From Amoebophrya sp. A120 (taxonomy: Eukaryota; Protista; Dinoflagellata), in contig CAJINV010000004.1 of the NCBI GenBank assembly GCA_905178155.1, positions 11,373,804 to 11,437,803 of the forward strand: 64,000 nucleotides of DNA, given 5' to 3'. A program made the translations under genes and the position numbers. Shown here in pieces: positions 1 through 12,738 of the stretch. The notes beneath the pieces are model-generated. The model was given only the letters and a program-made list of their open reading frames with translations, had not been told where the DNA came from and ran no database searches. Positions within the stretch are counted from its first letter, which is position 1; each line of letters opens with the position of its first letter.

Positions 1-956
1 AACTCTCCGGCATTCAGAATGTTATAACTCGGGCGAGCGTGCAGCCAGGTCTTACAAGAACCAGTCAAGGACTTCAGCATCGCGGCTTTCAGGTTGCGCC
101 ATTTCTGAGCAACCGTCTCAGCCTGCTGACCGACTCCTCCGGGGAGACCGGGCTGACCGAGATGGACGCGACGTTGTCGAAGTAAACGCCTAGTCCGAGG
201 CGCTCGACCTCCTCACGGACAGAGCGATCCCATTCGATCCAGCCAGTCGCATCCGGCAGCTTCGCAGTGATCTCTGCGGATACCGCAGTCATCTTGTTTT
301 CTTAATGAATCTACTGTCACTAGTGTAAAGTAGCACAGATTGGCGCCTAAGTCGCAACGCAGTGTTGGACTTTGAACACACCTGCCACACTGAGTGACCA
401 AAGCTTCTACCTTCAAGAGGTCCCTAACACGTTCAAACACTTCAATCTCTCAGCAGACAGGGCGAAAGCCTCTGGCTGCGTTGCATCCTGTGAGGATTCA
501 TCAATCAAGGTTCATCATAGACATCATTCCACTCATCACAGGCTCTGAGACTCCAGATCTCTAGTCATTCTGGGACCTACTTCCCACTCTGTATGGGTGC
601 GATTTTATCAGGGACGGGGGTCCCTGGTAAAGTTTTTATCTAGGTCGGAGCTCCTTGATAAAGTTTTGACCTAGGACGACGGTCCTTGATAACGTCATCA
701 TCCAGGATTTGGCTAGGATCTGGACCATTCTGAGATCGGTCAAATCGGTACCGTGGGAGCCTGCGTAGGGATTTCATCTGGGACCCGGGTCCCTGGTAAA
801 GATTTTACCAGGGTCGCCGGTCCTTGATAAAATCCGAACCAAGAGAGCCTGATTTGCTCAAATTCTTCATCATTTGCATTTGGAGGACAGGCATTTCGGG
901 ATCTCGTAGAAGCTTCAGTCTTGCGTGGAGGTAGGGTTTAGATCACATGACCAACA
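1..956 (-). mobile_element. Probable 5' end of a degenerate Copia-like LTR retrotransposon (candidate LTR 363-956; gag-like start at 292, frameshifted)
   Basis: On the minus strand, 956-363 is bounded by TGTTGG...CCAACA. The ORF KLPDATGWIEWDRSVREEVERLGLGVYF continues in another frame as QKWRNLKAAMLKSLTGSCKTWLHARPSYNILNAGE, resembling a Copia gag N-terminus. No clear PBS was seen. Confidence 0.45.
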
Positions 957-1015
957 TATTCCTATATACTGAAATTGCCTTTGCGTGTGGGACAGGTACT
1001 TTTATCACCTTGATA

Positions 1016-4000
1016 TCGTGTGGTCGCAGCTCTCGCACGTGATAGTGCCGCTCGTCGTGCACGCTGCCCCCGTTGCGGCCTTCCCATTGCTGCAGCTGCA
1101 AATCTTTTGTGGACTACAAACGTGTCTGGTTCTGGATAACAAGAATGCAGAATTGTAATCCTGTAATTTGAGGTACGGGCTTTTGCTTTTTATTTCATCC
1201 TTGCATGGCTGTAGATTTGATTCTGTGATGCATTTTGGGACTTTGACTTTGCCTTTCATTATCGTTTGTATAGTATGTCGAAAATAATGCCATTTTTCAT
1301 GCGTAATACGCAAAATGAACAGAGCTCTCAAAAAAAACTGTCATGTTTGCTTACTTTTGGGCGTCCTAGTCTGTGGATCACCAACGAAAGATAAGGGGGG
1401 CCACCTGCGTTCCAAACGACCAAGACACATTTGCAGTAGATAGATTTTGGAAGCAGTGAAAGTTCGTGTCAAGGGTGAAGCCCGCATTGTCGCAGGCGGC
1501 GCAAATGTGCGAATCGTGAACGCTGCAGGAGATAATCTGGGTAGGTCCCGCTTGGACGCCGTTTATGCATTGCAAAAGAAATTCTCACTCTGGCTCAGAC
1601 AGGAATAAACTGCATACGTAGATCCAGAAAGATAAGCTCAATTTGGTTTCCAGGCTCATTCACGATCCCCTCCCGCTACTTTGCGCGGCTTTTATACTAC
1701 GACTCCTTCATGAAAATGCCACGCATTATTCGTGGTCATCTAGAAGCACTGCAAGAGCAATTCCTTCGCGCATACACTAAAAGTACAGCAAGAATACTTT
1801 TGCAGGGGATACCGTTGTCGCAGCGGCAAATGTTTTGCTTGCAGTGGCCGTTTTCCAAACGATAATTTGCCGGGTCGTCACAGCTCTCACAAATGTGACC
1901 CCCGTCGGCTGTGCAAGCGCTGCCGGTAGCTGGAGCTCCGTCATCACACTTGCAGACATTCTGCACGCAGCGGTTGGTGCCATCGCTTTCGCCCACGATG
2001 CGATATCCGTCGTTGTCGCACTTGCTGCAAATATTGCCACCATTGATGGTACACAGCGGACCTGTTTCAGCATCTCCGTTTTCGCAGTCGCAGACATTCT
2101 GCAGGCACTTCTCGTTCTCAAGTCGGTAGCCGTTGTCGACGCAACGCGTGCAAATTTCTTCACCGTCGCTGGTGCACGCGGCACCGGTAGCAGCGACTCC
2201 ATCGTCACAGCTACATACGTTTGGCTTGCACAGCTTGGCCACGGCGTCCAGGTGGAACCCGTCAGCCGAATTGCAGGACTTGCATACCTGCTTGTTGTGC
2301 TGGACGCAACTCGGGTCGCCGGGGTCAACCGCGTCTCCATTCGTGCACTTGCACTCGTTCTTGATGCAAGTGTGATTGAAAAGCCGATACCCGGCATCAC
2401 AGCTTTTGCAGATGGTCGCACCGTCCGCGGTGCAGTTCGCGCCCGTGGCTTGCGTGCCACCCGGACAGCTGCACTGATTGAGGGCGCAGGAGTAGGTGTG
2501 CGCATCGAAGTGATACCCTGCTGCGGTGCACGCCGTGCAGTTTTGCGTGCTACCGTCTTCGTCGCACCCTGCGCCCGTCTTCGGCACCCCGCGGTCGCAT
2601 TTGCACGTGCGTAGCTTGCACTCGTCGCTACCGTCAGCAGCTGTGCCAGTGTAGTAGTCTTCGTGGCTGCAGTCGGTACACTTTTCCGTATTGTTCTGCG
2701 GGCATTCCGGTCCCGAAGCGGGCGTGCCTGTGAGGCAGTAGCATAAGTTGGGCGAGCAGATCGTTTTTGTCGGATCGGTCGGGTCGGCTTCGCTGTGGTA
2801 ACCATCATTACACACATCGCAGTCGGGCGTATTATGCACGTCACACGCGGTGCCCGTCGTACCCGACCCGAAGTCGCAGACGCACTGCTTTTCCACGCAG
2901 GCCCCGTCTTTCAGAACCGTTCCTGCGGTTGCGCAAGAGGTGCAGAACGGAGTGGCGTCGACGTCGCAATCCGTGCCCTCCGCTGCGTCGCCAGAGGCGC
3001 AGGTGCACTGATTTAGTACGCAGTCGGTGCCCTCCAGGTGGGACCCATTGTCGCAGGTGTCGCACAGATTCGCGTTGTTGGCCGTGCAGTTTTCGCCTGA
3101 CTTCGGATCGCCGTTGGCGCAAAGACACACATTTTGGAAACACTTCTTGTCCGCATCCAGCGTGTAGCCAGCATTTTTGCAACGCGCGCAGATGTCCCCG
3201 CCGTCTTCCGTGCAGTCGGACCCTGTGGCGGAATCTCCATTGAGGCAATCGCAAATATTTTCCAAACAGTGGCCGTTCTTCAAGCGATAACCGTCGTCAT
3301 CGCACCGCACACAAGTGTTCGACCCGTCTTGTTTGCAGGCTGGTCCTATCGAATGCAAATACTTTCTATATGTACTTATGGGTCTGGAGAGGTGCAGCAA
3401 ATTTCTGTTGCTGAGTCTTGCATATTACCATAGATACACAGTGGTCGCTTATACGGCAGTACGGCATAACGAGTTAGTTTTACGGCACTTCTTGCAAATT
3501 CTGACTCATTCGCCAATCGCATGATACCAAATATAGCCGCCGAGGCGGGGGTAGTGAGGTCGCGCGGGGTCTTTTTGACTGGACGACGCCGGGTCTTTTT
3601 GCTCTTTTCAGAGGAGAAACGCTCTCCCGCACGCTATGGCCCCACAAGGGCCTCCGCCAGGGTCGGCCCTTTGGGCCCCCCAAATCGGGCCCACAGCGTG
3701 CGGGTTGGCTTGCTGCTTTTGGCGGGATTCCCGTCCTTTGGCTTTTTTTGTTGAAAAGCCGCGCCCCTGCCGCCTCCTGAATCGAAACGCTTTCCCGCAT
3801 GCTATAGCCACCCCAGGGCCCCCACCAAGCCCGGCCCAATGGGCCCCCAAAATCGGGCCCATAGCATGCGGGTTAGCTTTTAGCTTTTGGCGAGCTTTCC
3901 GCTTTTTGTTTTTTTTTTGTAAAAAGTCGCAACTTTTTCCCTGCTCCCCGCCTTACAAATGCCCGATTTTGGTGGCCGGCTTTGCGGCCTTCAAAAGTTG

Positions 4001-7000
4001 GCCAAAATGGGGCCCATACCATGCGGATTCAGGGTTTTTGTCAGCTTGGCATTTTTTGGGCGTCCCTTTTTGGGCGCCCCAAATCGCCAGAAACCAAGGC
4101 GGCGGGCGCCTCGGAAGGGCGCCCCTTTTGCCGGCTCCCCTGCGTCGTTTTATCCAGTGCGAATCGATAGAATCCGCTCGGGCTTGTTTGATGGCAAAGC
4201 CCCGGCCGCTTGATAAGTGAAAACTTTTTATGCTCAAAAACACTTCCGGCCGCTTGAAAACTGCCGGTCGTTTTGCATAAGACATGTCAAAAAGATCGCT
4301 AGATTAGAACGTTCGTGACCTCACTACATACTACTGCCTTCCAACACGTCAAAAAATCTCGCCACTCATCTCCATGCATCAACACAGATCGTGTTGCTCT
4401 CCGAGTCTCGCATTTCACAAATGATCCACACCCAGACATATTAAATATTTGCAGTGCATAGGCCCCGTCGCAGCGTCCCCGTGGTCGCACGTGCAGATAT
4501 CGCACGAAAAGACTGCTTCTCTGCGACTGCGACAGTCTTTTTTGCATGAATGGCATGACAGGTTTGTCACTCACGACAAAGTAGAAATTAGAAAATTTGT
4601 CATGCGCGCTTGATCGTACTTTACTACAACGGAATAACAATAAATGGTGCACAGCTAGAAATACCCTTCTTTCCATTTCGCCCAGCACAGCTACTCCCAG
4701 TTCTATCTGTGTTGCATGTTCTGCATCGCAAGTTCGCGGTGAAACAGTTCTTTTGGTGGATAGCATTGGTTCTGGATGCAATGGAAGCTGGCGTCGAGGG
4801 TGAAGCCCTCGTTGTCGCACTCCGAGCACATGTATGAATTCCAAATATGTCTGGTGTTCTGGAAACAAGACCTTCATACTGCCCAGAGGTAAGAACGACT
4901 TGAAATTGAAAGATGTAATATGTACAGTGAGAACTAGGACGTCCCCTAGCATGCGAAGCTAAAACTATATTGAGCAGTTCGCGCATTATAACACACTTCT
5001 CGCGTCTGGTCTGCTGGATGAATGCACACGTTTGCCATGCAGTTGTTGCATGACCCCGAAACTCTCCTCTGGCATGCAAGCAATAGCATCACGGGTGTCA
5101 AGGAGGTCTCTCATTTTCAATTCCTGGTCGTATTCCGCATGAGAAATCCCTGATTTTGATCAAAATACTTTTGCCGTCCACACATCATGACAGGTTTTTG
5201 TGTGATCTAAAATACGCATCACAAGTGTGCACTCTTCCCGACCCAGATAACGACAACATATTTGCAATGCATAGCATGTGCGAATTGTGACTGCTGCAAG
5301 CCACGGCCGTTCCCGGCCCCGCGGGGCTTCCGTCTACGCAGGTGCACGAGTTCTGTTTGCACTCATCGCCCTCCAGCCGGAAGTTGTGCGGATCGTGACA
5401 GCTGGCACAGATGTTGGCGTTGTCGTGCGTGCAATCAGACCCGGTCGCCGGTTCACCACCCGTACAGTGACAAGAATTTGACACGCATTCGTTGGTACCA
5501 TCCGCGACGTTCTCTACGACGTGATACCCCTGGTCGCACGCCTTGCAGATGTTGCCCTGGTGGATATCCACCTGAATAGAAACGTCCCCACCCCGAAGTC
5601 CTCAAGCTCTTCATTTTGCCACACAAACCAACAACCTTTATGTGTTGCGAGTAACAGACTTAGCCTCGCATTGCAGTAGTACTTAGCAAGTCAGCCACAT
5701 CGCAAATTGATCTCCTGAAGATGGTGGTTCATCTAGCGCGACGAAATTCAAAACACCACTAGAAAATACTTCTCATGGGGCTGCGCACCATCATCATCAG
5801 CATCATCATTGAGTGGATCGTTTGCGCATGAGAAACATTTTAGGCATGCAGGGAGGTCCACCGTGGGGACGTTTTTACAAGACAAGCATCGGGAGACGGG
5901 GACGTTTTTACACAGGTTAGTGGACCGTGCAGTTCGCACCCGTCGCACGCTCCCCGTTTGCACACTCGCAGGTGTTCTTCTTGCACTCCTTGTTGGCGGT
6001 TAGGCGATAGCCCGCGTTCTTGCATCCCTCACAATTGATTGCCTTGTCGACTGTGCAATTTTCGTCCTTCGCTGCGTCTCCGTTGGGGCATCGGCAGACT
6101 TTCGGCTCACAGGCGTCGTCTGCAGTCAGCGTGAACCCGGCGTGCAAGCAGGAAGCACAGATATTCGCCCCGTTGGCAGTACAGTTGGCCCCCGTGGCCG
6201 GGGTTCCGACCGACTTCCCCTCGTCGTTGTCGCACGTGCACAGGTTCTGTTCACAGTGTTTCTCCAACCCACTGGGGCCCGCGACATCGACGAGGCGCAG
6301 TCCGTCGTGGTCGCAGCGTGCGCAGACCTCGATTCCCTCCGTGTGGCACGAGGCGCCGATTACGGGCTCCCCGCCCGAGTTGCAGGTGCACACGTTCGGG
6401 ATACACCGAGGCTCGGTCCCGTTTTTTTTGTAACCCAGGTCGCAGGCGTCCGCCGCGCTGTCGCAGATGTGCCCGTCGGCCTCGGTGCACTCCGGCCCGG
6501 TGGCCGCTCTGCCGTGGTCGCAGGTGCACGACGTTGGATAGCACTTTTTGTCTGCCACGTGAAACGCATAACCCTGGTGGCAGCCGGTCTCTGCGCAAAT
6601 GTGCGCGTTGTTAGTCGCGCAAGCAGTGCCAGAGGCGCTTGCACCGTTGTCGCACCAACAGTGGTTCGGCTCGCAGTGGTCGTCTTCGAGGTGAAAGCCC
6701 GGATCGCAGGCACGGCAAATGTTGTCTCCGTGGCCGGTGCAGTGCTCTCCGTCCGCCTCGGTGCCGTTTTCACAGTCGCACTCGTTCTGCGAGCATTTGT
6801 GCAAGGCATTCACGTGCTCGTACGCAAATTTGCAGGCTGTGCAGATGTGCGCGTTATCGCTAGTACACAACGACCCGGTCGCCGGCGTTCCGTCGTCGCA
6901 GAAGCAAGAATTCTGCACGCAGACGTCACCTTCAATGCGAAATCCGTCGTCCTTGCAGTCAGTGCAGATTTCTGCGCCGTGCTGGGTGCACGCTGCGCCC

Positions 7001-9109
7001 TGGGCTGCCGTCCCGTGGGTGCAGGTGCAGGAGTTCTTCAGGCAACGGATGCCACTGCCTTGCGTCTCGAGCCGGTAGCCGTCGTGCTTACAGGTCTTGC
7101 AAATGTGCCCATTGTGTATCGCGCAATCCGTTCCGGTAGCCGCGTCCCCGTTGGTGCACGTGCATTGGTTCTCCTCGCACCGCGCTGCGCTGGTCAAATG
7201 GTAGCCGGGCTCATCGCAGTCAACACACTTGAGCTGACCGCGCACCGGGCAGTCTGCCTGCATCGCTGCGTCGCCGTTATTGCACTGGCACTGGTTCTGC
7301 ACGCAGCGCTCGTTGTCGAGATGGTACCCGGCCACCGTGCAGGTGGTGCATTTTTCGACCGGATTGCTGTTCACTGGCTTGCAGCCCGCACCCGACGCGG
7401 CGTGGCCATGCAAGCACGTGCACTCGTGCTCCTTGCAAATACCGCCGTCCATGAAATGCACGTCGGTGTCGCTGCATGCCGTGCACTTCTCCTTGGGGTA
7501 ACCGGCCTCCCCGGGTGCCGGACAATCTGGCCCCGTCGCAGCCGTACCATCGTCACACGAACACTCGTTCACCACGCACGCGTACTTACCGGTGGTTGCG
7601 TCGACTGCCACAGAGTGGTATCCGCTGTCGCACTCGCCATCGAGACACCCTGGGGTCTGGCCGTCGGCATCACACTCCGCGCCGGTCAGCGGCTCTCCGT
7701 GCGGGCACGCACAATCGTGTAGCGCACAGGTGATTCCCTCCGTAGCCCCGTCTTCTTTCGCGCAAAGGTCCCCACTACCCCATTCGGTGATGCCGTCAAC
7801 ATCCGTGCCGGGCGAGCGTGGCGTGATCACACTGTAAACCCGGGTCCGGGTCTCTCCGGCACCCGTACACTGTTGCTGCAGCTTATTCCTCCACGCACCA
7901 GTGACGTCCCACTGCCCGACGCAGTCCGTTGGGCAGGTGATGGCTTCTTTCGCACCATCCGCGGCTTCGCAAGCCTGTCCCCCGTTCTGGCTTGGGGTCG
8001 TGACGGTGTACGTCCTCTCGCGTGTGGCACCGTCACCCGTGCACTGTTGCTCTAGCGTGTCGATGTCAGCAACACTCCAGTGGCCCTCGCAGTCGATCAC
8101 CTCTAACTCGCAGCCTTCCATGCGTAACTGTTCCCCCGGCCCGTCACAAAAAAATTCCGGGTCCGCCCCCGTCCAAACGCCGGCCTTGCAGGTGACCTCG
8201 TTGGGCCTCGCGATCGCCACCGGCGTGACGTCAGCAGCCGGGACTGCCGACCCCGTCCAGATGCACGCCCTATCACACGACCCGCCCATGCCGAGGCAGA
8301 CGCCCTGCGCGCCATCGCTTGTGCGCGTTGCCACCAGCTCCTCCACGGTGCAGAGCCGGCGGTTCCCATGCTGCTTGCAGATCCGCACCGCTTCGTCGTA
8401 AGTCTTCAAGACGTTGTCCTCACACATCTGCTTCCCTTCCAGAGTGGGCGTGACGCAGTCAACCTTATTCCCGGCGACAGCCAGATACTTCCAATAATTG
8501 AAGGACGACGTGACCTGGCCCTCATCTCCGCAGCACCGAAAGGGAAAAAGCCCATTTCCTCTGCTCACTGCAACACTGGGACTCGCCGCCCGCCCGTCTT
8601 TGCTACACTGTGTAGCAAAGACGGAAAGCATGTTGTCTAAATTCTGCGCGGAGCCGCGCCGCACAAAAATCTCCGTCGGCGGCAGCGCGTCTTCCTCCGC
8701 CCGCAACCACGCTAGCCAGCTGAAACCGGCACTCACACTCAACTTTGCAGTGGCCGCGGCCGCCGGGGGTTGGCACCCTGCACGACAGCAGCTCGAACGG
8801 CACTGCACTTGCGGCCAGCCGGAGGCGAATGCATCCGTCAGGCCTTCGCAAAGCCGGTCCGCGGGCGAAGGAACGAACGCGGAGGGCCCTGCCAGTGCGT
8901 CGCAATTCTGGTCACTGCTGGGGCCGCACGTGGGAAGGCAAGAGGTTTCGCTGGCCGTCGGGTAGTGCGGAAAGAGCGCAAATTTTTGGTCGTCGTTGCA
9001 CTTTTTGCAGTGCTGTGCGTTGTGGGCACCGCAGGAGCTGCCCTCGTCGACCTCCCCGTTGCTACAAAGACACTGGGTCGTGGTGGTGGTGGTGGTCGTC
9101 GTCGTACGG
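1016..9109 (-). CDS. Giant Cys-rich repeat protein (gene body; EGF/furin-like CxCxNGxxATGxxC repeats, two TSP1/spondin-like modules); continues beyond the window start
   Basis: Exons ~9109-5920, 5564-5274, 4832-4763, 4497-4461, 3346-1812, 1563-1443 and 1107-1016 join in frame after element removal (e.g. CTV|HQGNIC, CDNG|VQAG, DAATG|PACK). The TSP1-like motif is DCEGHWS..CT..RERTYTVTTPSQNGGQAC. Confidence 0.85.
1108..1442. mobile_element. Degenerate family A introner
   Basis: Decayed TIR; flanks TCTTT/GATTT; removal gives CFQNIC. Confidence 0.6.
1564..1811. mobile_element. TIR introner
   Basis: TAT...ATA ends; perfect DR CCGTT; restores CDNGVQ. Confidence 0.8.
3347..4460. mobile_element. Expanded family A introner containing a GC-rich internal insert
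   Basis: Degenerate A-type TIRs; DR GGTCC/GGCCC; restores DAATGPACK. Confidence 0.7.
4498..4762. mobile_element. TIR introner
   Basis: TIR TATCGCACGAAAAGACTG / TATCCACCAAAAGAACTG; DR GCAGA/GCATT; restores IQNQCTC. Confidence 0.65.
4833..5273. mobile_element. Degenerate family A introner
   Basis: DR ACATG/GCATG; restores HNSHMCSEC. Confidence 0.7.
5565..5919. mobile_element. Family C introner (AAACGTCCCC TIR)
   Basis: Perfect DR GTGGA; restores CTVHQGNIC; shares internal sequence with 23834-24114. Confidence 0.8.
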
Positions 9110-9940
9110 TATCAAACAACAAAGAAGTACACCCTCCCATACGACCATACTCGGATCATCATCTTCATTTTTGTTTGCCATGCATTCTTCTATTTTCATT
9201 TTTCTGATATCAAGAGCCCTTCGAATTTTTCCAGTTTCAGAAGCGCTTCCTGCCCGGAATTGGTCCGCACGTGTGCCTGGTCTCGTTCTGGTCGAGGTTT
9301 ACCACCACGGTATCAATGTGTTGTAGGCCCGCCAGCATATAGGTGCTGCAAATAAAAAACCCTCCTTACCAAAAAGTCAGTAGAGGACTCAGATTCACAT
9401 ATTTTTGCGGTGAAAAACCCACACCAAGTTGCAGTAAAAGCCGGAGCGGAATACGACAATCAGTGATGTTTACTTGAGTAGAGAGATGGCGGCCGGCGCG
9501 CGTTCTCTGAACTGTGAAGCTGCGACTATCTACGCTTCACGCACCTTCGCTGCGTCAGCTGGATAAGGCCGACGCGATTTTATTTCACACACTTCCAAAA
9601 AAAAACAGCACGCCCCCTGTGCTATGAAAAAATGATGCCTCTTTGATTCGGTTCTGCCTCGTCTGGTCGAAGCCTGGTCTTGCAGGAGGACTCTGGTGCT
9701 GCCGTCTCTTGTGCGTGCGGTATCCTGCAAGAAAAATGACGCCTAAGATCTTCTCGAATTTATTTGCTAGGTGGATGAACAAGCCGCATTCTATCATTTG
9801 CCTAAAAATCTTCTGTGCGGCCTGTGCAGTTTTAGCAGGGGGTGATGACTACAAAGCCAGCACGATATAATTTTTTTGAGCGCGAGAAGCTTTGCACAGC
9901 ACCACGGCATCGGCACTAGATCTCCTGTAATACATTTTTT

Positions 9941-10426
9941 GGTTAACATGCCAGAATCTAAACGATTGCATCTAAACTTTCAGACCTAAACGAATAGGCG
10001 TCGAAACGATCGCCCGCGGGTCTAAACTATCAACGCGACGTCGCGAGCCTTGCTGGGATTGCAGTCCGCCTGTGCTTTCTTGTTGTCGGAGACTGGACGA
10101 CAGGAGAGGGGCCGCAATGGTGGCGAGAAGCAACCAAAAGGAGGCAGAGGGGGAAAGAGTCGAGGAAGGGGAACCGCAGGGGGGCCGGCGAAATACAGCG
10201 AGAGAGAGAGTCGTCGGCCAGGGCAGCCGCCGCCGGCCGGCCGGCCGGCGGCGGCTGCCCTGGCCGACGACAAGAAACCCCAAACCCTAGACCCAAAACC
10301 CTAACCCTTGAACCGTTTTCACTTTTGTATGCAAAGTTGAGAAGTTTAGAGACCTTTCCAAACGTTTACGCGTTTGGTCCAAACGTTTAGTTCCGGGGGT
10401 GCAGTTTAGATTCTGGTATGTTAACC
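9941..10426. mobile_element. MULE/Mutator-like MITE
   Basis: TIR GGTTAACATRCCAGAATCTAAAC at both ends; perfect 9-bp TSD ACATTTTTT (9932-9940, 10427-10435). Confidence 0.8.
10210..10271. repeat. Perfect 62-bp spacerless palindrome
   Basis: GTCGTCGGCCAGGGCAGCCGCCGCCGGCCGG followed immediately by its exact reverse complement. Confidence 0.95.
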
Positions 10427-11209
10427 ACATTTTTTCATCGTCTACCTTCTGTTCCTAGTACACATTTTCACAACCTGCAAGAGGGCACTAAGATGCAAAC
10501 ACAATCAACAAACATTCTCGAACTTAAGCGTGGTTCTGCTTTGCAACTGCAGGGGGAATATAGTCGCCATTGATTATCAGTATTTTAACTGTTCCCTATG
10601 CACATTTCTGTTTGTCGTGTTACCCGCAGCGGCCTTTCGTCCCCGTCCCCGCAGTGCAAGTTTGAGTTTTGCGCGTGTCCTTCTCCCCCTCCCAATACTG
10701 CATAGGGTGGACGTACTTATTCGTATTCGCAGTCTGCGTTTTATCGCATAGAGAGACCACATGGCGGCTGTGGCTCTCAACATCGCAGTACACTCACCAC
10801 AACACTCACGATCGCAGCCACTTAGGACTATGCATAGTTGGAGCTCACCACTGAGTCCGGATGAATCGGATGAATGATATTCCGGATGAAATCACGATGA
10901 GAATGCCTGGAGAGTCAACGATAGTAGCGAAAAACAGTACAAGAGCTATGCTGGGTGTACTTTTCTACATTTGATACGGCGTAGCTCGGAGCGAACATAC
11001 CGCTCTTGTCCCAACATTTACACTCATACCCCTTATCCCAACGAAAAAAACTAGCTGCGCATCATATTCGTATAAATAAAAACGCAAAAATGAATACACA
11101 AGAAATAGAAAACGATCTGCGTTGCTTGCCTTCAACAGCATTCTAAGGTGCTTCTACCCACCACGGAGATAATTATTCTCCCACCTCATTTTTGCATAGT
11201 AAACACAAA

Positions 11210-12339
11210 CAAACATGATATGCTGGGCTTTCTCTGAAGGGTATCCCTGGGGCTGGTAGAAGCAGCTCCACGCGTCATAACGATGTTTGCAGATGGTGGT
11301 GCCACAACTGATTCGGCTCCCGGCCGTATAACTCCAATCCACAGTGCCTTTTACGCACTTGACCGACTTCCCTACTGCGGTCTGCTCGTTCACATACGTG
11401 GTGAACCAAGCGCGCTCCTGCTCGGAAATCTTGCTTCTGGCATGTATTTCGAGAAAGGGGCGGCTAGGCTTCTTCGGCAGATGAAGTGCTTTTTCGGTTT
11501 CTTGCTCAACACCAAGAGCATCGTCTTCGTCTTTGTCATCTTCTTCGCCTTCCGACCTCGTACCATCCTTCCTCCGTGGACCATCACCAAGACGTCGCTG
11601 TTGTGCCAGTACAACTTATCGCAAGGAAAAATCCCCCCTCCCCATATCGAAAAGAAAATTTGTGATGCTTTTTTGTGATGCTGATTTGTGGCCACAAGTC
11701 AACAGCTTTGTCTTGCGTACAAGGCAAACGACACCCATGTGGCGCATTGTATAGCGAGTCTGTCACGCGTTTTCATCTATGTCAGACTTGTTTCTCATGC
11801 TCAGCTGCTAGCCGGATGCGTACCCAAATGGCCTTAGAATCAATATGCCGACAAGCTCTTGCTGCAATACAAAGTTCATTTGTGTACACAAATCCAGCAA
11901 AACAAATTTTCTTTGGAATGTGGGGTGGAGGCTTTTTTCACTTTGATACAACTTCACGCCGGTGTACCGCGTACGCGCCGACAAGTGTTCGCGGAGGCAC
12001 ATGCAGTGCTTGAAACATATCATCTGCAAAAATGTCTGGGTCTGGAAGAACGCAAGATTTGTCATGCATATTTCTCATGACCCATGATGCCTGTAATGCA
12101 TGACCTAGCATCGCAGACTTTTAGAGGGCTTCTTGATGCACCTCCCGCCTGAGAAATGCCCTGTCCGTATAGCACAAATTGTGCCCCTCTTGCTGGTCAT
12201 GCAATACAATTTTTTTTAGAGTCCAAAAACAGCATGACAAGTTGCAATCTTCCAGACCCAGACATTTTTGCATTTGATAAAACAGGAGCCAGTGCCAAAC
12301 TTGGCCAAGGGCGAGGGAAGTCGGCACGCGCCACACCAT
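11210..12339 (-). CDS. 5' exons of a secreted protein (signal peptide plus acidic linker), possibly the N-terminus of the Cys-rich gene at 1016-9109
   Basis: After removing 12018-12279 and 11617-11948 it reads MVWRVPTSLALGQVWHWLLF|QALHVPPRTLVGAYAVHRREV|VLAQQRR..EGEEDDKDEDD..KCVKG. The link across 9110-11210 was not resolved. Confidence 0.6.
11617..11948. mobile_element. Family B introner (GAAAAATCCCCCCTCCCCATATC TIR)
   Basis: Perfect DR CAACT; in-frame join. Confidence 0.85.
12018..12279. mobile_element. Family A introner
   Basis: About 30-bp TIR ..AAAAATGTCTGGGTCTGGAAG; perfect DR AAACA. Confidence 0.9.
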
Positions 12340-12738
12340 TGGCTTTGGCACTTTAAGTACCTATAGTTCTTTTGCTGTAGTGAGTAGATCGCTGTCATCT
12401 ATCCATCATGTGAAAAGCAACCAAGTAACACGACATTATACGCAGGCAAATATTGGCACCAAGCAAGCTGAGTAGAATTTTTGTAGAGTAAGAATCTTCA
12501 CGCTTCAACCAGTTTTAACTTTTTCCCAAGTTTTAATTTTTTTTCAAAAAAATACACCTGTATAGCTTTTGCGTGTAACAGTATTGGGAAAAGAACGCTC
12601 AGACTGTACGACTTCAAAACAAAATGAATTGAGTTGTAGTTCTAGTTCTTCAAGCGCTAACGACCCCAGTATGTAGCTGAGAACCTATTCGCAGAGTGTG
12701 CTGTGACTTGTGTACGTACACCTTTTCCCTTTACTATT

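Noticed and set aside
6142-7722. 526-aa plus-strand ORF
   Set aside because: It is the antisense shadow of the GC-rich Cys-repeat exon and has no recognisable motifs.
10276-10310. Telomeric repeat array
   Set aside because: There are only a few degenerate CCCTAA-like units, internal to a MITE.
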